A DNA stretch of 64,000 nt, from assembly GCA_027459625.1 (NCBI GenBank), contig DAIDHP010000002.1:209279-273278 (forward strand), written 5' to 3'. The notes under the pieces are model-generated. The model was not told where the DNA came from. It saw only the letters and a list, made by a program, of their open reading frames with translations, and ran no database searches. This document shows positions 16,549 through 25,019 of the stretch, piece after piece. Both the position numbers and the translations under genes were made by a program. Every line of letters begins with the position of its first letter. The first letter of the stretch is position 1. This DNA comes from Chthonomonadales bacterium (GTDB lineage: Bacteria > Armatimonadota > Chthonomonadetes > Chthonomonadales > CAJBBX01).

Positions 16549-18273
16549 GTGGCGCAAAGAGATACTGTTATTTCCATGATTTTCAAACCTTCCGGCGAAT
16601 CCACCATCAAACCATCGGATATTAAACAGGTGCCTCAGAACGCAGAAGTGCGTTCCGCAATTCGTGCGGAATCGCTTCGGATCGCCTCCGCCTCCTTCAC
16701 AAACTCCCCGCCGGATCGAACCGAGTTGGAGTTCCACGGGATTCATCTCTTATCCTCCATGCAGGAGAGGCTGGAATACCTCGGCTTTGCCATGGTTGAG
16801 CTAAGCAACGCCTTTTGGAAGTGCCGCTACGCTGCGACGCCATTTAATCGCCGTTTGCTGCTGCTGCCGCATTGTCTAAGAGATCAGAGAGCGTGCAGAG
16901 GGACCTATGATTCCGTTGGGTTGAACTGCGCGGGATGCGGTGCATGTGACATCCATTCTCTCAAAAGCAGGGCGGATGAGCTTGGATATCAGGTGATTAT
17001 CGCCGAAGGCACAACCTCGGTCATTATGAAGGTGCTCGACAATGAGGCTGATGCCATTCTTGGCGTTGCCTGCCTCGATTCCCTTGAGAAATCCTATGAA
17101 CGCGTATCGAATTTGGGGGTTCCCATGGTGGCGGTCCCTCTCTTACGCGACGGTTGCAAGGACACCGAGGCGGAAATATCTCTTGTCAAACGCGTTATGG
17201 AACTTCGAACCGAGGATCGTCAACAGGATTATCTGTCATACGTTCCTATGCTAAGACACACCCGATCTCTCTTTTCCAGCCGCAATTTGGAAAGGTACCT
17301 CGCTTCGGTTTTTGATCGCTCCCACGACGGCGGATTCTCGACCGAAACGGATCGTATCTCGTATGAATGGATATTGGAGGGGGGCAAGAGATTCCGACCG
17401 TTCATCACCCTTGCGGCGTATGGGGTGGCCAAGCATGGCGATATCGTCATGGAGGAGGGGGCGAATTTGGAATCCCTCATCCCGGATTCCGTTCGACATA
17501 TCGCCATCGCCATCGAATGTCTGCACAAGGCGTCCCTGGTGCATGATGATATTGAGGACGATGATAATTGGCGTTACGGGGATGACACACTGCATCATCG
17601 TTACGGAGTGGCGACGGCTCTCAATGTCGGTGATTTTCTCATTGGATTGGGCTATCTTCTTGTGTCACGGCAAGTCAGCGACATAGGAGCGGATGTTACT
17701 TCCGACATTCTCGCGCATCTTGGTGCGGCTCACCTGAACCTCTGTCGCGGACAAGGGGCGGAATTGATGAGCGTTTCCAATGGCTCTGATAACCTGAAAC
17801 CGTTGGATGTGTTATCCATCTATGCGCAAAAGACCTCCCAGGCTTTTGAGGCGGCGTTATTCGCCGGCTTAAGGTCTGCAGGATACCAAATGGATAAGGA
17901 ACCGCTATCCCGTTTTTGCTCCTATATGGGTCAAGGTTACCAGATCGTAAACGATCTGGATGACTGGAGCGAATCCGAGGAGAACAAGGTTCATATGGGG
18001 CAGGATTTTCTTTCCGGCCGCCCTACCATCCTTCGAGCGTTTGCATCCGAAAATGGCTCCGACGTTCCCACTGCCCAAGATGTGCAATCCGGGATGGTTT
18101 CCATCCAGGAAGTCAGGGAGCGATACGAAAGCATGGGCGCTTTCACAAAAGCGGATGCGTTAGTTGACCGGCTGAAGTTGCGATGTCTCACCATCGCGGA
18201 CCAGATAGAGAAGAAACCCATCGGGAATTTGCTCCGGTTTTTGGTGAATACAATCCTTGCGCATACGGACTAA
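16549..18273 (+). CDS. fusion protein: DUF116-like Cys-rich domain + trans-isoprenyl diphosphate synthase-like domain with atypical motifs
   Basis: N-terminal part has RRLLLLPHCLRDQRACRG...LNCAGCGACDIHS...VIIAEGTTSVIM, a DUF116-type pattern. C-terminal part has CLHKASLVHDDIEDDDNWRYGD (first Asp-rich motif) and GQGYQIVNDLDDWSE (second motif, first Asp replaced by Asn). The start could instead be the ATG at 16576. Confidence 0.7.
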   Translation: MAQRDTVISMIFKPSGESTIKPSDIKQVPQNAEVRSAIRAESLRIASASFTNSPPDRTELEFHGIHLLSSMQERLEYLGFAMVELSNAFWKCRYAATPFNRRLLLLPHCLRDQRACRGTYDSVGLNCAGCGACDIHSLKSRADELGYQVIIAEGTTSVIMKVLDNEADAILGVACLDSLEKSYERVSNLGVPMVAVPLLRDGCKDTEAEISLVKRVMELRTEDRQQDYLSYVPMLRHTRSLFSSRNLERYLASVFDRSHDGGFSTETDRISYEWILEGGKRFRPFITLAAYGVAKHGDIVMEEGANLESLIPDSVRHIAIAIECLHKASLVHDDIEDDDNWRYGDDTLHHRYGVATALNVGDFLIGLGYLLVSRQVSDIGADVTSDILAHLGAAHLNLCRGQGAELMSVSNGSDNLKPLDVLSIYAQKTSQAFEAALFAGLRSAGYQMDKEPLSRFCSYMGQGYQIVNDLDDWSESEENKVHMGQDFLSGRPTILRAFASENGSDVPTAQDVQSGMVSIQEVRERYESMGAFTKADALVDRLKLRCLTIADQIEKKPIGNLLRFLVNTILAHTD

Positions 18274-18301
18274 GGCGATCGGATAGCGTCTTGAACGGAG
18301 G

Positions 18302-19591
18302 ATGGTAATGAGGATTGTCCATTTAGCGGCGGGCGCCGGAGGCATGTATTGCGGGGCTTGCGCGCGTGATATCTCCTTGGCAAATGGTCTGATCGCTCAA
18401 GGGGATGAAGTTATTATCCTTCCCCTTTACACTCCTCTTCGCGTGGATTCCGACCTTGTTGAGACGTTTCCTCAAACCAAAATCTTTCTTGGCGGCATTA
18501 ACTCCTGGCTGCAGCAAAATATCCCTTTTTTTCGCAAAACGCCGGTATGGATGGATAGTCTGTTGGATAACCCCAATCTTCTCCTTTGGGCGAGCAAATT
18601 CGCTGTGAGTGTGAAAGCCGAGGAGTTGGGACCCATGACTCACTCCGTGCTGCTTGGGAGAAGCGGTTTTCAACGCAAGGAGATGGATAAACTTCTCGCA
18701 CATATGGATACCCTGCAGCCGTTTGATCTGGTAAGCATCACGAACACACTTCTCTCAGCCATGGCGCCTGAAATTAGAAATAGATACGAAATCCCCGTGG
18801 TCTGCGCCTTTCAAGGCGAGGATGGTTTCGTGGAGGCGTTTCCTGAGGAGTGGAGATCAGAGGTTTGGCGTCAGATGCAGGAGAACGTACGCGCCGTGGA
18901 CTGTTTCATCTCTCCTAGTCACGATGCGACGGAACGCATGGCGGCGTATCTTCGATTGCCTTGTGAGAAGATACATGAAATACCGACCGGCATTGATTTG
19001 ACAAGATATGAAAGCGTCGTCAACAGAAACAGAGAACCATTCACCATCGGGTATGTATCCGCGATCACGCATGGGAAAGGGTTGGATGTTTTGGCTGAGG
19101 CGCTGAGGATTCTCACTAATCGCGGAACGGGTAGGGTATGTTTACTTGTAGCGGGGAAAGTGATGGATCCCAAATATTGGATGCAGGTGCAAACCTCAAT
19201 CTCCCAGTGCGTGAATATTGAATTCAAGTATCTTGGGGAGATAGATTTCGCGGAAAAAACGCGGATGCTACGCTCCTGCAGCGCATTTTCGGTTCCGAGT
19301 GGAATACCCGAAGTCAGAAGTATGGCGATGATGGAGGCAATGGCTTGCGGCGTCCCTGTCATAGCCCCCAACCATGGAGTCTTTCCGGAACTAATCGGTA
19401 TGACTTCCGGCGGGGCGTTGTTCGATAAAAACAAGCCGGAGGAGTTTGCGCTTATTTTAAAAGATTGGATGGATAATCCCGAGAAAGCGGACGCATACGG
19501 CAAATCGGCTCGGGAAGGCATCGCCAAACACTATCGAATTGAGGATATGATCCGTCAAACACGGGAATTATACGGGGAAATCGCCGGATAA
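18302..19591 (+). CDS. GT-B fold glycosyltransferase, family 4-like
   Basis: C-terminal GT1/GT4 signature ...SVPSGIPEVRSMAMMEAMACGVPVIAPNHGVFPELI (E-x7-E region). N-terminus MRIVHLAAGAGGMYCGACARD. The ATG at 18308 has better spacing to GGAGG and may be the true start. Confidence 0.75.
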   Translation: MVMRIVHLAAGAGGMYCGACARDISLANGLIAQGDEVIILPLYTPLRVDSDLVETFPQTKIFLGGINSWLQQNIPFFRKTPVWMDSLLDNPNLLLWASKFAVSVKAEELGPMTHSVLLGRSGFQRKEMDKLLAHMDTLQPFDLVSITNTLLSAMAPEIRNRYEIPVVCAFQGEDGFVEAFPEEWRSEVWRQMQENVRAVDCFISPSHDATERMAAYLRLPCEKIHEIPTGIDLTRYESVVNRNREPFTIGYVSAITHGKGLDVLAEALRILTNRGTGRVCLLVAGKVMDPKYWMQVQTSISQCVNIEFKYLGEIDFAEKTRMLRSCSAFSVPSGIPEVRSMAMMEAMACGVPVIAPNHGVFPELIGMTSGGALFDKNKPEEFALILKDWMDNPEKADAYGKSAREGIAKHYRIEDMIRQTRELYGEIAG

Positions 19592-19617
19592 TTCAGAAAT
19601 CCTTCCTAAGGAGATTT

Positions 19618-20250
19618 TCAGGGATTTGAGGCGCCCCGCACGGCGGATCGCACCATCTCCAGAAATAGCTCATGCACCCTCGTATCCGAAGTTAATTCCG
19701 GATGAAAAGCGGTGGCGAGCATGTTCTTTTCGCGTATCCCCACGATTTTATCCTGATATTTTGCGAGGATTTCCACTTCTCCCCAGGTTTTAGTGACGTA
19801 GGGGGCGCGAATGAAAACCCCTTCCACCGGATCCCCCTCCAAAGACGCGAAGGGTATCTGAGCCTCGAAGCTGTCCACCTGTCTTCCGAAGGCGTTTCTT
19901 GCGACGGAGATATTCGTCACGCCAAGACGGGTTTGCTCGCTCCCCGCTATCTCCTTCGCCATCAGAATCATTCCCGCGCATGTGCCGTATAGAGGCATGC
20001 CGTCCTGCACTTTATGAATAAGAGGGTCTATGATGTCGTGCTTGACAAGCAGCTTTCCTATTGTCGTGCTCTCCCCGCCAGGTATGATCATGCCGTCGCA
20101 CATATGCAACTCCTCCACCGAGCGAACCAATAAAGTCGCCGCCCCGCCACTATGAGATAGCATTTTTTTGTGCGCTTCGTAATCCCCTTGAAGAGCTAAA
20201 ATCCCGATTGTGATTTCCTTGTCAGTTTGCATAAGTGTCATATCCCTCAA
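19618..20250 (-). CDS. pdxT: pyridoxal 5'-phosphate synthase glutaminase subunit PdxT
   Basis: ITIGILALQGDYEAHKKML..., GMIIPGGESTT, YGTCAGMILMA (catalytic Cys) and ATAFHPELT are PdxT/class I glutamine amidotransferase motifs. The likely true start is the third ATG, at 20232, which has GAGGGA 10 nt upstream. Confidence 0.85.
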   Translation of the reverse strand: MRDMTLMQTDKEITIGILALQGDYEAHKKMLSHSGGAATLLVRSVEELHMCDGMIIPGGESTTIGKLLVKHDIIDPLIHKVQDGMPLYGTCAGMILMAKEIAGSEQTRLGVTNISVARNAFGRQVDSFEAQIPFASLEGDPVEGVFIRAPYVTKTWGEVEILAKYQDKIVGIREKNMLATAFHPELTSDTRVHELFLEMVRSAVRGASNP

Positions 20251-20349
20251 GATTGGTGCGTTAATATTTCTTACGATAGTTTCAAACGCTGAAGTCCTCC
20301 AATCCGCTTTTAATGTTGGAATGGATACGCACCTATCAATTCCGAAAAA

Positions 20350-22062
20350 TCATTGATTTGACGATGTCGATTTTGTTCCCGTCGGCAAAAGATTGAAGAT
20401 GACATCCAGTCCTTCGTATCGCGTATGGTACGCCAGTCCGACCTCCATGCAATCAAATCGCTTCTTGATTCCCAATATTGTATCAAAAGCCCGCCATCTC
20501 TGCACGTCGTATCTCACACCGAAATTGTATCCCCAATGCGCCGCAAGGCAGCCGTAATTGAAGTCCACCTCGTGGGGCACATCCTTATGGTCGAATAGAA
20601 ATGGGGTCTTGCCGAAATCCTGTTGCAGACGGTAGGAGGCGGAAAGCAGTGTGTTCGGTCGAACCACCCAATCCATCTCCGCCTCTGGAGAGAAGAGCGT
20701 GTAATTGGTGTGCGTTTTGGTGTAGTAAGACGAGTGCAGCGTCATGCCATATCGAATATAAAACGGGTTGGCGAGAACATAAAGAGGCGAGGATATATCC
20801 AACCCCTCCGAAAACCTTCCAGAGGTTACATGATCCGGCTGTTCGCGGAAATAACCCCCGTTGACATCCGCGCTTACGATCCATTCCGCAGGATTTAAAA
20901 AGGATGTTCCGAAGACGGAATGCGTCTCCTCGCTGAAGTTTGGATCAGTTGGATTCACCTGACGGCTATTAAGGATATTACTAAAATGCACCCCAATGTC
21001 CGGTAACCGATCCACTTGTATGTTCGTGCGTTCCCTGTTATCCACAAAAGTTCCCTTCGTGATTAAACCGTACAACGTGGTGCGATGAAGAAACAATGTG
21101 GGGCTTGGCGCATTGATGTTCATCATTGGCAGCGGCTGCAGAGCGCTTCCTAACGGTTGAGACGCTCTGAACGCTTGTCCTGAAGGGGGGTACGCTCCGG
21201 TAGGCACATGTGCGATATCCTGCGCGAAAGAGATGATCCCCTGCGGAGACTGCTTGGCGGCTATATTAATATTGTAGAACATCGAGCGATTGGTGTCCGT
21301 GAACACATCGCCCGCCAGGGGAAATGCGAGACCGTTTTGCTTGGAATACCCGGGAATTGGAATTGGGTTCTGCACTCCAGGTCCGAATGTTTTCTCCAAG
21401 GACGGAAGCGAGATGATGCGGCTAGGTCCCAGCCAAAATGTGATTCCTTTTCCCACAACCTTGCCATTCGGGTACACCCTTACCTCCTTGGCGGTGATAT
21501 GGTAGTCCGGATGTTTCAGCCTGCATGTGGTGAAGGTGGCGTCCTTGGCCAAGAGGATGTTTCCAGGTAAAAGCTGGATGATTTTTCCCTTGAGAAAGAT
21601 GTTATAAGCATCGGTTTTGGCGTTATGGATAATCCCGGTATGATCCATGGGATTGAAAGTCATATCCTCCCCGGTGAGATCGCCTTCGGGTCTGGTTAAT
21701 GTAAGATGACCTTTGACCGTGATTGTTTGGGATGCGGATCCCTCCACGTTATCCGCCAAAATGATGGTTTTCTCTCCCGTATCGGGGTCAATCAGGATAA
21801 TTCGCACAGGGCTGTTTGATTGGAAGTAGTTGGTTTCTGGTTGCCATGATAATTGCTTGAACTGATCGATGATCACATCCGGCGGTTTTGAGTTAAGTTT
21901 GATCTTTCCGGCTGCGAATGCGGTTGCGGATGCAATCATGAAAGCGATAGCAAATGTGAGAGGGTGGATTCGATGACGAATCGAGGGGGATCGCTTGATA
22001 TGCGGATTTGAGTAGGTGATGCGTTGATTGTTTGTCATCCCGAGGCGGTTCCCTCTTGCCAA
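20350..22062 (-). CDS. lptD: LptD/OstA-like outer-membrane LPS-assembly protein
   Basis: Signal-like N-terminus (LTFAIAFMIASATAFAAG). OstA-N-like beta-jellyroll (ILADNVEGSASQTITVKGHLTLTRPEGDLTGEDMTF). LptD-like ATFTTCRLKHPDYHITAKEVRVYPNGKVVGKGITFWLGPSRIISLP. Aromatic-rich beta-barrel C-terminal half. Confidence 0.6.
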   Translation of the reverse strand: MARGNRLGMTNNQRITYSNPHIKRSPSIRHRIHPLTFAIAFMIASATAFAAGKIKLNSKPPDVIIDQFKQLSWQPETNYFQSNSPVRIILIDPDTGEKTIILADNVEGSASQTITVKGHLTLTRPEGDLTGEDMTFNPMDHTGIIHNAKTDAYNIFLKGKIIQLLPGNILLAKDATFTTCRLKHPDYHITAKEVRVYPNGKVVGKGITFWLGPSRIISLPSLEKTFGPGVQNPIPIPGYSKQNGLAFPLAGDVFTDTNRSMFYNINIAAKQSPQGIISFAQDIAHVPTGAYPPSGQAFRASQPLGSALQPLPMMNINAPSPTLFLHRTTLYGLITKGTFVDNRERTNIQVDRLPDIGVHFSNILNSRQVNPTDPNFSEETHSVFGTSFLNPAEWIVSADVNGGYFREQPDHVTSGRFSEGLDISSPLYVLANPFYIRYGMTLHSSYYTKTHTNYTLFSPEAEMDWVVRPNTLLSASYRLQQDFGKTPFLFDHKDVPHEVDFNYGCLAAHWGYNFGVRYDVQRWRAFDTILGIKKRFDCMEVGLAYHTRYEGLDVIFNLLPTGTKSTSSNQ

Positions 22063-22240
22063 GCGTCATTCAAGTGGAGTGTGATATTCATTGAAAACGA
22101 TCATCGACGGCTACGAACAGCATAATAAACATTCGAAGACGTGAACCGCCATATGATCGAACTAATTCTATAATGTCGATATTATTGTACCGGTTTTATC
22201 CCGTTCTTTATCCAAGCAAGGGAACGAATTGCCCTTGTTT

Positions 22241-22957
22241 CTATAAAAAAGCTCTCGGTGCGCCGTGGATGCAAAGGATGTCAAATATCACGGATATCCC
22301 CCAATGAATCCAAAAGCCTGGCAGAAACGATTTGCCGCGGAGGGCAAGCCAACCCATCGCAATTCCCGCGATGAAGGACCCGAGAAACTCCGGAATCGGT
22401 TTGGTCCAGTGAAGAGCGCAAAAGGCGATGGATGGCAATATGACCGCCGTAATCGATCCAAGGCGTTTTTCCAAGCCGAAGGTGAGAAACCCTCTGAAGA
22501 AAAACTCCCAGCAGAAAAGATAAAAGCCGTATGTAATCTCAAAGTAGAGGAAATAACGCGCCGAATAGATCGCCTCTTTTTGGATGGGATAGTAAGTGCG
22601 AAAGGCTGGAAATCTGGATGCGATGATGAGAATCGGCAGCATGAACAGAAAAAACCAGAGGGCGATTTTCACCGCATCATTTTGCGGGCGTATCAAACCA
22701 TAGGACTGCGGATTTTCCCTGAAAAGGGTGAATATGATTAACATGGGAATGAAAATCAAGCAGGTGATGTTGACAAGCAGGTATTCATTCCAGGTGTAGG
22801 GCGGCGCATATGTACCGGCATATGCCAAACTCAAACCGGAAAGGTTGTAATGAAACAGGAACAACACGATGACAGCGCCAGTTACCAGTGTTATCAGGGA
22901 GATTACCAGCGCCTTGCGTAGATTTGGCTTCGGTTTTACAACCGCCCTTTTTTTCAT
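22241..22957 (-). CDS. CPBP family intramembrane glutamic endopeptidase (CAAX protease-like)
   Basis: Polytopic membrane protein with the EExxxR-type motif CWEFFFRGFL, plus the downstream FCALHW and HWGISVIFD His motifs. Confidence 0.75.
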   Translation of the reverse strand: MKKRAVVKPKPNLRKALVISLITLVTGAVIVLFLFHYNLSGLSLAYAGTYAPPYTWNEYLLVNITCLIFIPMLIIFTLFRENPQSYGLIRPQNDAVKIALWFFLFMLPILIIASRFPAFRTYYPIQKEAIYSARYFLYFEITYGFYLFCWEFFFRGFLTFGLEKRLGSITAVILPSIAFCALHWTKPIPEFLGSFIAGIAMGWLALRGKSFLPGFWIHWGISVIFDILCIHGAPRAFL

Positions 22958-22964
22958 GTCCGCC

Positions 22965-24347
22965 TTACCCTTTCAGCCGAACCGCGATTTCGCGCACCTT
23001 TTGAATCGCCCGTTCCGTGTCCATCCCCAGGACGCCTCCGTCTACGTACAGTGCCTCGCCATTGACAAATGTCGCGAGGACATCGGATGAACTCGCCGCA
23101 TGCACCAGAGCCGAAGCAGGGTCGTGGCATGGGGTCATCGAGAGGGTACGGGTGCGCACAAGGGTTAAATCCGCCTTTTTGCCAATTTCCAAACTTCCAG
23201 TGAGAGCTTCCATTCCCAAGGCCTTGGCTCCCCCGATAGTCGCCATTTCCAACACTTTGCGCGTATCGTGAGCGGAGCAGTCTCTCCTGAATGCTCGCCT
23301 GAGCAACAGGGCGAATCTCATCTCCTCGAACAAATCCATCCGGTTGTTGCTTGCCACGCTATCCGTTCCGATTCCGACGGGGATGCCGGGGCTCTCGGTG
23401 AACGCCCCGATAAGCTCCATCGGGGCTCTGCCATTGCACAGTTTTGCATTGGATTTAGGGCAATGCGCAAGGGAGCAATGGTCGCCGCTCATTATAGCCG
23501 CGTCCGACGCCTCCATTTGAACAGCATGGACCAAGAGTGTCCTATCGCCAAGTATCCCCCGTTTTTCCAGATAGGCGATGGGGGATACGCCCTCGGCGGT
23601 CCAGGGAATCTCTCGTCTCGAAAACATCTCCGCTATAACCCCTCGACCCTCTCGAATCAGTTGCGATTCCCCGGGGGATTCCGCCGCATGGATGCACAGA
23701 GGGATATCCAGTTTCGCGCGGAGTTTCGATACGCCCTCCAGCATCCGTTGGTTGCAGGTGTACGGGGAGTGTGGGGAGACACCCGCAGTGACGATCGTTC
23801 CATCGCATCTGCGTTGTTGTTCCAGAATGAGGTTTTCCGCATCCTTCAACGCCGTTGCGATATTCAGGGATGGATCAATTCCGAAAACCTCCTGATAGAC
23901 GATCCCTCGAATATTCGATTCCAGCGCCGCCTGCAAGGTTGCGCCGGTGGAGGAGCAATCCCCGATGGTTCCAACTCCCGCGCTTAGAGCTTCGGCAATT
24001 CCCAGTCGCGCGGACCATATCCAGTCCTCCTCGGCAAGTCTGTCCTTCAATTCCACCATTCCACGCACCCAAGGGAAAAATGGTAGGTCCTCCAATAACC
24101 CGCGCATCGCGGTGTAATCCACATGGGTGTGGACGTTGACGAAGGCAGGCATTAAAATCGCGTCGCCGTAATCGAGGATGTCGTCTCTTTCGGTGCGACC
24201 GGAGGGAACTGTTCGCAAATCCACGATGTTTTCGCCGTCAATGACGATCTCCCCATCTGAAAAGGGAGCGGTTGATACCGGGACTATCCATTGCGCGCGG
24301 ATTCGCCTGATGCGGCTTTGAACGCGGCTCACAGCGGGGTGTTCCAT
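22965..24347 (-). CDS. amidohydrolase superfamily deaminase (MtaD / aminofutalosine deaminase / chlorohydrolase-like)
   Basis: Metal-binding HxH in PAFVNVHTHVDYTAM. Later LCIHAAES, LLVHAVQ and GIGTDSVASNN (Asp ligand) are typical of the ATZ/TRZ-type amidohydrolases. Confidence 0.75.
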   Translation of the reverse strand: MEHPAVSRVQSRIRRIRAQWIVPVSTAPFSDGEIVIDGENIVDLRTVPSGRTERDDILDYGDAILMPAFVNVHTHVDYTAMRGLLEDLPFFPWVRGMVELKDRLAEEDWIWSARLGIAEALSAGVGTIGDCSSTGATLQAALESNIRGIVYQEVFGIDPSLNIATALKDAENLILEQQRRCDGTIVTAGVSPHSPYTCNQRMLEGVSKLRAKLDIPLCIHAAESPGESQLIREGRGVIAEMFSRREIPWTAEGVSPIAYLEKRGILGDRTLLVHAVQMEASDAAIMSGDHCSLAHCPKSNAKLCNGRAPMELIGAFTESPGIPVGIGTDSVASNNRMDLFEEMRFALLLRRAFRRDCSAHDTRKVLEMATIGGAKALGMEALTGSLEIGKKADLTLVRTRTLSMTPCHDPASALVHAASSSDVLATFVNGEALYVDGGVLGMDTERAIQKVREIAVRLKG

Positions 24348-24970
24348 ATGGCGTTCATCTGCGAACGCGTCTCTATTTTCACGTGATCGTCCGCAAAGAG
24401 AGTGTTATAGCGCATATCGTTCAATGCGGAGCCTCCATGCCAGTTTCCTGAGGCGTCCATTAACAGGTTCGCCTCGGACGGGGTGTTCAGGGAATCTTCG
24501 CTCATATGTCGAAACGATATCTCCGTTCGATAGTTGTAACTCGTGCCGAATTTGGCGTAGCTTGTGGGGGTGGCGTCCAAAGGGATTCCGGTGAAATCCT
24601 CCACGGTATATCCTGTGTCCGAAGGGCAATGATAAACCTCCGGGTCCTTGACATAGGGCAATAAAACGGTTTGGATAAGCGGCATGTTAGGGATTTCCGC
24701 TTGAAAAGCGGGATAGGAGTTCCATATCTGCGGGGTGTATTTATCCGTGGGGTCCACCGCCCACGGAAAGTATCCATCGTAATCCTGGGCGTACATAGTG
24801 AAAGCGTAACCTATTTGGCGCAAGTTTGAAACGCAAACAATCTGCCTCGCCTTCGCTCTCGCGGCTGCGAAGACAGGGAATAGTATCGCTGCGAGCAGAG
24901 CGATAATGGCTATCACCACAAGTAATTCGATTAATGTAAAGGCGGTTTTTTTACGCATCTGCCGCGGCAT
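24329..24970 (-). CDS. prepilin-type N-terminal cleavage/methylation domain protein (pseudopilin, DUF1559-like)
   Basis: N-terminus MPRQMRKKTAFTLIELLVVIAIIALLAAILFPVFAAARAKAR. C-terminal ...WHGGSALNDMRYNTLFADDHV resembles the H-x9-DG tail of this family. Confidence 0.8.
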   Translation of the reverse strand: MPRQMRKKTAFTLIELLVVIAIIALLAAILFPVFAAARAKARQIVCVSNLRQIGYAFTMYAQDYDGYFPWAVDPTDKYTPQIWNSYPAFQAEIPNMPLIQTVLLPYVKDPEVYHCPSDTGYTVEDFTGIPLDATPTSYAKFGTSYNYRTEISFRHMSEDSLNTPSEANLLMDASGNWHGGSALNDMRYNTLFADDHVKIETRSQMNAIWNTPL

Positions 24971-25019
24971 CTCTTTTCAACCGTAATATACTCTTCCAAT
25001 TCTACCTTAGGGTTTGTGA

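Noticed and set aside
12313-19591. Annotating the operon as a standard hopanoid (hpn) locus
   Set aside because: No squalene synthase/HpnCDE, HpnH, HpnG, HpnN or HpnA-like genes are present. The cyclase is short, and its neighbour is a polyprenyl-synthase-like fusion rather than squalene-forming enzymes.
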